Assembly: GCA_036556905.1 (NCBI GenBank) | Contig: DATBIM010000050.1 | Span: forward strand, 8,207-72,206 | Length of the DNA stretch: 64,000 bases | Reading direction: 5' to 3' | From: Candidatus Methylomirabilota bacterium | GTDB taxonomy: Bacteria > Methylomirabilota > Methylomirabilia > Rokubacteriales > CSP1-6 | In this document: piece after piece, positions 57,820 to 64,000 of the stretch | Numbering within the stretch: position 1 is the first letter of the stretch | How the letters are laid out: the number at the start of each line of letters is the position of its first letter | The notes under the pieces: model-generated | What the model was told of the DNA's origin: nothing | The model's input: the letters and a program-made list of their open reading frames with translations, nothing else | The model's database searches: none | Made by a program: the position numbers and the translations under genes

Positions 57820-59004
57820 GTGAACGAGGGGCCGAGCGAGCGGGCGAGCCGCCTCCGGGTCGGCATCTTCGTCCTAGTCGCGGTCGTGGCGTTCCTGGGG
57901 ATGATCTATGCCCTGGGGGCGCGAACACGGCTCTTCGAGCCCCGCTACAGCATCCACGCCGAGTTCACGGAGGTGGCCGGGCTCGCCGAGGGGGCGACAG
58001 TGCGGCTGGCCGGAGTGCAGATCGGCCGGGTGGCGGATGTGCACCTGCCCTCCCAGCCCGGCGGCAAAGTGCGGGTCGAGCTCAACATCGCCAGAAGGTA
58101 CGCCGATCGCATCCGACGTGACTCCATCGCCCGCATCGAGACGCAGGGGCTCCTGGGAGACAAGATCGTCGAGATCACCGTGGGCAGCGCCGGAGCCCCG
58201 CCGCTGCGCGCGGGCGAAACCATCACCACTCGTGAACCCACGAACATCGCCGAAGCCATCAACAGCGGGGCCGAGACGATGAGGAACGTGGCGGCGGTTG
58301 CCGAAAGCCTCCGCCAGGCGGCGGAAAGCTTCAACCAGGCCACGATCGTCGAGGATATCGCGGCAGCCTCGGCCACGGCGCGGAGAGCCACCGAGCAGTT
58401 CGCCCGCATCGGGGCGGAAGTGGAGAAGGGCCGGGGGTGGGCCCACGCCCTGATCTACGAGGAGCCCCAGGCCCTACGCCGGCTCAACCAGCTCCTGGCG
58501 GCCACCCAGAGCCTGCTCGATCGGGTCGAGCGTGGGGAGGGGGTCGTCGGCGTGCTCGCCTCCCCGCGGTCCACGGAGGCGGCCCGGAAGTTCGTCCAGG
58601 CGATGGAGCGGATCGCTCGGATGTCCGAGCACGGAGAGGAAGGACTCCTGCCCGCGCTCCTGTTCGACCCCCAGTACCGGGGTGTGCTCGAGGATCTGCG
58701 CGTGACGGCGCGGAATTTTCGTGATGTCTCGGATCGGATCGTGAGCGGCCGGGGCACCCTGGGGAGCCTGGTCAAAGATGCTCCTGGGGACGGCGACCTC
58801 CGCCTGGCGCTCGAGGACCTGCAGGTCGCCTCGGCCAACCTCCGGGCCATCACCACGAAGATCAACGAGGGGGAGGGCACCCTGGGGGCGCTCATTGCGG
58901 ATCCCACCGTGTACGACCGCCTGGTGACGATCCTGGACGGTGTCCAGCGGAGCCTCCTGCTTCGCTCGCTCATCCGGGGCCTCGACAAGGACCGCGAGCA
59001 ATAG
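57820..59004 (+). CDS. mlaD: MCE-family protein MlaD with extended C-terminal coiled-coil region
   Basis: N-terminal TM helix, MCE domain (YSIHAEFTEVAGLAEGATVRLAGVQIGRV) and about 250 aa of helical C-terminal extension. Confidence 0.8.
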   Translation: MNEGPSERASRLRVGIFVLVAVVAFLGMIYALGARTRLFEPRYSIHAEFTEVAGLAEGATVRLAGVQIGRVADVHLPSQPGGKVRVELNIARRYADRIRRDSIARIETQGLLGDKIVEITVGSAGAPPLRAGETITTREPTNIAEAINSGAETMRNVAAVAESLRQAAESFNQATIVEDIAAASATARRATEQFARIGAEVEKGRGWAHALIYEEPQALRRLNQLLAATQSLLDRVERGEGVVGVLASPRSTEAARKFVQAMERIARMSEHGEEGLLPALLFDPQYRGVLEDLRVTARNFRDVSDRIVSGRGTLGSLVKDAPGDGDLRLALEDLQVASANLRAITTKINEGEGTLGALIADPTVYDRLVTILDGVQRSLLLRSLIRGLDKDREQ

Positions 59005-59006
59005 GA

Positions 59007-60368
59007 ATGAGAGACCGGAGCGTCTGGCGCTGCCAGCAGTGCGGGTTCGCGAGCCCCAAGCCGGGCACCTGCCCAGACTGCAAGCGCACGACCGGCGAGC
59101 TCGCCGCCCTCGTGGAGGAGCGGCACGGGGGCCCATCCACCGGCCGACGGCCGGTGACCGCGACGAGCCGGCCCCGTCCGCTCGTGGACATCGCCACGGA
59201 GCGTGTCGAGCGCGTCCGGACCCAGATTGGGGAGTTGGATCGCGTGCTGGGCGGCGGCGTGGTGCCGGGCTCCCTGGTGCTCATCGGGGGGGATCCCGGC
59301 ATCGGCAAGTCGACACTGCTGCTTCAGGCGGCCCGGGCCCTGGCCGCTGCCGCCGCCCCGGTGCTCTACGTCTCCGGCGAGGAATCGACGGCCCAGGTGC
59401 GGCTTCGCGCCCAGCGCCTGGGGATCGGAGGTGACGGTCTGCTGCTGTGGGCCGAGAACGACCTGGCTGTGGTCCAGGCCGAACTCGACACGGTCAAACC
59501 GCAGGCCCTGGTCATCGACTCGATCCAAACCGTCTTCCTGCCCGAGCTGGAGTCGGCGCCCGGGAGCGTGACCCAGGTTCGCGAGTGCGGAGCCCGCCTC
59601 ATGTCGCTGGCCAAGGGGCGGGGGATGGCGACGTTTCTCGTCGGGCACGTGACGAAGGAAGGGGCGCTAGCCGGGCCCCGGGTGCTCGAGCATCTCGTGG
59701 ACACTGTGCTCTACTTCGAGGGGGAGCAGCACCACGCCTACCGAATCCTACGAGCTGTCAAGAACCGCTTCGGGTCGACGAATGAAATCGGCGTGTTCCA
59801 GATGGCCGAGGGCGGCCTGCTCGAAGTCCCCAACCCATCGGGCTTCTTCCTGGCCGAACGTCCCAAGGACGCTCCCGGCTCCGTCATTGTCCCGGGGCTC
59901 GAGGGTACGCGGCCGCTGTTGTTCGAGCTGCAGGCGCTGGTCAGCTCGGCCTCGTTCGGGACACCGCGGCGCACGGTGCTCGGCACCGACTACAACCGCG
60001 TCTGCCTGCTCCTTGCCGTCCTTGAGAAGCGTGCGGGCGTGCCGCTGGGCACCCAGGACGTCTTTGTCAACGTCGCCGGTGGCGGGCGTGTCGTAGAGCC
60101 TGCCGCCGACCTTGGCATCGTCCTGGCCGCCGCCTCGAGTTTCTTCGACCGCGCCGTCCGGGGCGAGCTCGTGGTGGTGGGCGAGGTGGGTCTCACGGGT
60201 GAGGTTCGGGCCGTGACCGGGCTCGAGACCCGGCTGCGCGAGGCAGCGGCGCTCGGATTCAAGGAGGCGGTGGTTCCCCAGACGAATCTGGCCGAGCATC
60301 CGCGGCTTCCGCTCGACGTTCACGGTGTCGCCACGGTCCAGGCCGCGCTGGACCTGGTCCTCGGGTGA
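59007..60368 (+). CDS. radA: DNA repair protein RadA/Sms
   Basis: N-terminal C4 zinc finger (CQQCGFASPKPGTCPDC), RecA-like Walker A GDPGIGKSTLLLQ, KNRFG motif and a Lon-protease-like C-domain. Confidence 0.9.
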   Translation: MRDRSVWRCQQCGFASPKPGTCPDCKRTTGELAALVEERHGGPSTGRRPVTATSRPRPLVDIATERVERVRTQIGELDRVLGGGVVPGSLVLIGGDPGIGKSTLLLQAARALAAAAAPVLYVSGEESTAQVRLRAQRLGIGGDGLLLWAENDLAVVQAELDTVKPQALVIDSIQTVFLPELESAPGSVTQVRECGARLMSLAKGRGMATFLVGHVTKEGALAGPRVLEHLVDTVLYFEGEQHHAYRILRAVKNRFGSTNEIGVFQMAEGGLLEVPNPSGFFLAERPKDAPGSVIVPGLEGTRPLLFELQALVSSASFGTPRRTVLGTDYNRVCLLLAVLEKRAGVPLGTQDVFVNVAGGGRVVEPAADLGIVLAAASSFFDRAVRGELVVVGEVGLTGEVRAVTGLETRLREAAALGFKEAVVPQTNLAEHPRLPLDVHGVATVQAALDLVLG

Positions 60369-61078
60369 GCCCGATGCCGGCAGCGGCGCGAGGGCACCGC
60401 GGTGACGTGGCGGTTGTCATTCCGGCGGGAGGGTTGGGAACCCGGTTGGCGCGCCGCACGCCCAAGCAGCTCCTGACCCTCGGGCGCACGCCGATCCTGG
60501 TTGTCACCGTGCGACACTTCGTCGAGCATCCCCGGACGGCCGCCGTCGTGGTCGCGGCGCCCACCCACTACCTCAAGCGGATCCGGCGGCTCCTCGCGCC
60601 ATTCGCGAGGCGGTGTCAGCTGACCGTGGTGGAGGGCGGTTCCACACGCCAGGAGTCCGTGTGGCGGGCGCTGCAGGCCACCCCCAGCCACGCCGAGCTG
60701 ATCGTGGTGCACGATGCCGTCCGGCCGTTCATCACGCGCACGCTCATCGACGCCGTGCTTCAGGCGGCCCGGGCCCACGGGGCCGCCCTCTGCGCCCTGC
60801 CCATCGCCGAGACGGTGAAGCGGGTTAGTGGGGAGTACGTGGAGGCGACGCTCGATCGGTCGGCGCTGTGGGCCGCCCAGACCCCCCAGGCCTTTCGGGC
60901 GGCGCTGCTGCGCGAGGCCCATGAGAAATCACACCGTGACGGGATTTCCGGAACCGACGAAGCGGCGCTCGTCGAGCGCCTGGGCGTCCCTGTGCACATC
61001 GTGCGCGGCCTGGAGGCAAACCTCAAAATCACGACCCCCGATGATCTCCGGCGCGCGCGAGCCTGGGCCAAGCGGTGA
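60365..61078 (+). CDS. ispD: 2-C-methyl-D-erythritol 4-phosphate cytidylyltransferase
   Basis: VVIPAGGLGTR nucleotide-binding loop and VHDAVRPF motif. GTG overlaps the radA stop. Confidence 0.85.
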   Translation: MSPMPAAARGHRGDVAVVIPAGGLGTRLARRTPKQLLTLGRTPILVVTVRHFVEHPRTAAVVVAAPTHYLKRIRRLLAPFARRCQLTVVEGGSTRQESVWRALQATPSHAELIVVHDAVRPFITRTLIDAVLQAARAHGAALCALPIAETVKRVSGEYVEATLDRSALWAAQTPQAFRAALLREAHEKSHRDGISGTDEAALVERLGVPVHIVRGLEANLKITTPDDLRRARAWAKR

Positions 61079-61546
61079 CACGAGTCGGCTTCGGTTTCGA
61101 CCTCCACCCGCTCGTGCGCAATCGCGCGCTCGTCCTGGGCGGCGTGACGATTCCCTCCGAGGTCGGGCTCGGCGGGCACTCCGACGCCGACGTCCTCGCC
61201 CACGCGGTGGCCGAGGCGCTCCTCGGTGCCCTGGCCCTGGGCGACCTGGGCCGGCACTTTCCCGACAGCGATCCGCGCTGGGCCGGGGCCTCGAGCCTCC
61301 ATCTGCTGGCGGAGGTCATGGGGCTGGTCCGTCGGCAGGGCGGACACCTGATCAATCTCGACGCCACGGTCCTGGCCGAGGCGCCACGACTGGCGCCCCA
61401 CCTCGACGAGATGGCCAAGCGGCTCGCCGACGTCCTCGGTGTGACAGTGGGCGCGGTGAGCGTGAAGGCCAAGAGCCCGGAAGGGTTGGGACTCTTGGGC
61501 CGTCGGGAAGGCATCGCCGCCATGGCCGTGGTGAGCGTCGAGGTGG

Positions 61547-61554
<8 letters not shown>
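61075..61554 (+). CDS. ispF: 2-C-methyl-D-erythritol 2,4-cyclodiphosphate synthase
   Basis: RVGFGFDLHPL, GHSDADVLAHAV and GDLGRHFP zinc-site motifs. A separate gene, not an ispDF fusion. Confidence 0.88.
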
Positions 61555-62967
<1,413 letters not shown>

Positions 62968-62971
<4 letters not shown>

Positions 62972-63747
62972 CGGCGCTGCGGGAACCAGGCGCAAACGGC
63001 GAAGTCGTGTACGGGCGCAACCCCGTGCTCGCCCTGCTGCGGGGCCCGGAGCGGAGAACGGACGAGGTGGCCGTCCTTGCCGGCGCCTCCGGCCCGCTGA
63101 CGGAGGTCGTGGCGCTGGCGCGCCGGGCTGGGGTGAAGGTCTCATTCCGGACGCGTGACCAGCTGACGGCGATCGCAGGATCGCCCCGGCATCAGGGGGT
63201 CGTGGCCAGGGTCGCGGCCGCACCCTACGCCGACGTCGAGAAACTCCTCGGGATCCCAAAGGAGCGGGGTGAGCCGGCGTTCTTCCTTGCCGTCGATCAG
63301 ATCCAGGACCCGAGGAACCTGGGGGCGATACTGAGGAGCGCGGACGCCTTCGGCGTCCACGGTGTCATTGTTCCCAAGCACCACCAGGTCGGCCTCACAG
63401 GAGCCGTAGCCAGAACTGCCATGGGAGCGCTGGGGACGGTGCCCGTTGCCCGGGAGACAAACCTGGTGGCCTCATTGGAAAAGCTAAAAAAATCAGGCAT
63501 CTGGATTTATGGTGGCTCGATCGAAGGCGGCGTCCCTCCGTGGAACGCCGATCTGAGCGGAGCCATCTGCCTCGTGATGGGGAGCGAAGGCCAGGGGCTC
63601 AGACCGCTCGTGGCCCGAACCTGCGACGCCATCGTGACCATTCCCATAGCCGGCCGGGTGGGGTCCCTCAACGTCGCCGCGGCAGCGGCCGTTCTCTGTT
63701 ACGAGGCAAGCCGCCAGAGGCGGGCCCGGACGCCGAAAAGACCTTGA
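62968..63747 (+). CDS. rlmB: 23S rRNA (guanosine-2'-O-)-methyltransferase RlmB (SpoU/TrmH family)
   Basis: N-terminal substrate-binding domain (VYGRNPVLALL) and SpoU domain with motifs (DQIQDPRNLGAILRSADAFG, GSEGQGL, VGSLNVAAAAAVLCYE). Confidence 0.85.
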
Positions 63748-63772
63748 CTATTCAAGGACTCGAAACTAAAGT
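63744..63772 (+). promoter_or_regulatory. putative strong sigma70 promoter of the tRNA operon (TTGACT-N17-TAAAGT) in an AT-rich island
   Basis: The -35 hexamer overlaps the rlmB stop codon and the -10 hexamer lies 15 nt before tRNA-Thr. Local AT-richness contrasts with the roughly 70% GC surroundings. Confidence 0.4.
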
Positions 63773-63786
63773 GAAGTTTTGTCTGT

Positions 63787-63858
63787 GCTGGCGTAGCTCA
63801 GGGGAAGAGCAACTGCCTTGTAAGCAGTGGGTCGGGGGTTCAAATCCTCCCGCCAGCG
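63787..63858 (+). tRNA. tRNA-Thr (anticodon TGT)
   Basis: Cloverleaf folded by hand. Acceptor gctggcg/cgccagc, D-stem gctc/gagc, anticodon stem actgc/gcagt with loop cTTGTaa, T-arm gggggTTCAAATcctcc, discriminator G. CCA is encoded at 63859-63861. Confidence 0.85.
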
Positions 63859-63901
63859 CCAGCAGCTCCGGGGAGTCCGCATATCACATGCCGGCAGGTT
63901 C

Positions 63902-63984
63902 GGGGAGGTACCCAAGTGGCCAAAGGGGGCAGACTGTAAATCTGCTGGCGTACGCCTTCGGGGGTTCAAATCCTCCCCTCCCCA
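63902..63984 (+). tRNA. tRNA-Tyr (anticodon GTA)
   Basis: Acceptor ggggagg/cctcccc, 3-bp D-stem, anticodon stem gcaga/tctgc with loop cTGTAaa, long variable arm (ggcg-ta-cgcc), the same T-arm as tRNA-Thr, discriminator A. CCA is encoded at 63985-63987. Confidence 0.85.
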
Positions 63985-64000
63985 CCACTCTCGCAGGTGC

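Noticed and set aside
63766-63969. 67-aa minus-strand ORF
   Set aside because: It fully overlaps the two tRNA genes and the AT-rich promoter. Spurious.

Overview
This is a 64 kb high-GC (roughly 70%) bacterial chromosomal segment with Gram-negative-type envelope genes (Mla, SurA-like, lipobox lipoproteins). Most of it is core housekeeping in long, translationally coupled operons. The recognisable units are: hemH(3' end)-hemY; a YbaK-type deacylase followed by an APC permease and CorA; a MurNAc/peptidoglycan recycling set (nagZ, DUF1343 namZ-like, murQ, plus a BadF-type sugar kinase a few kb away); IlvD/EDD dehydratase, an SDR, an acyl-CoA dehydrogenase and a crotonase; stand-alone nuoL-nuoM-nuoN; a HAD-family hydrolase followed by glpD-glpQ-glpK and an FbpABC-architecture ABC importer; a truncated F0 block atpZ-atpI-atpB-atpE followed by rex; mfd; a SurA-like PPIase; rho; rpmE-prfA-prmC-murA-hisGDBHAFIE; a lipoprotein followed by mlaEFD; radA-ispD-ispF-cysS-rlmB; and tRNA-Thr(TGT) and tRNA-Tyr(GTA). 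The only accessory-looking island lies at about 18-24.9 kb. It holds a type III polyketide synthase, a SAM methyltransferase, a COG0644 FAD oxidoreductase and an RraA-like protein, beside a VIT-family transporter and a gamma-carbonic anhydrase. This resembles srsABC-type phenolic-lipid loci. The non-coding highlights are a 72-73 bp tandem palindromic array at 8271-8525 that supplies the stop codon of the SSS transporter and shows compensatory stem changes, a dispersed 45-nt hairpin motif at 8530-8574 and 15936-16026, and a 45-bp in-frame tandem duplication inside hisH. No transposase, integrase, CRISPR-Cas or defence genes were recognised. Many long antisense ORFs in the six-frame track are GC-bias artefacts.
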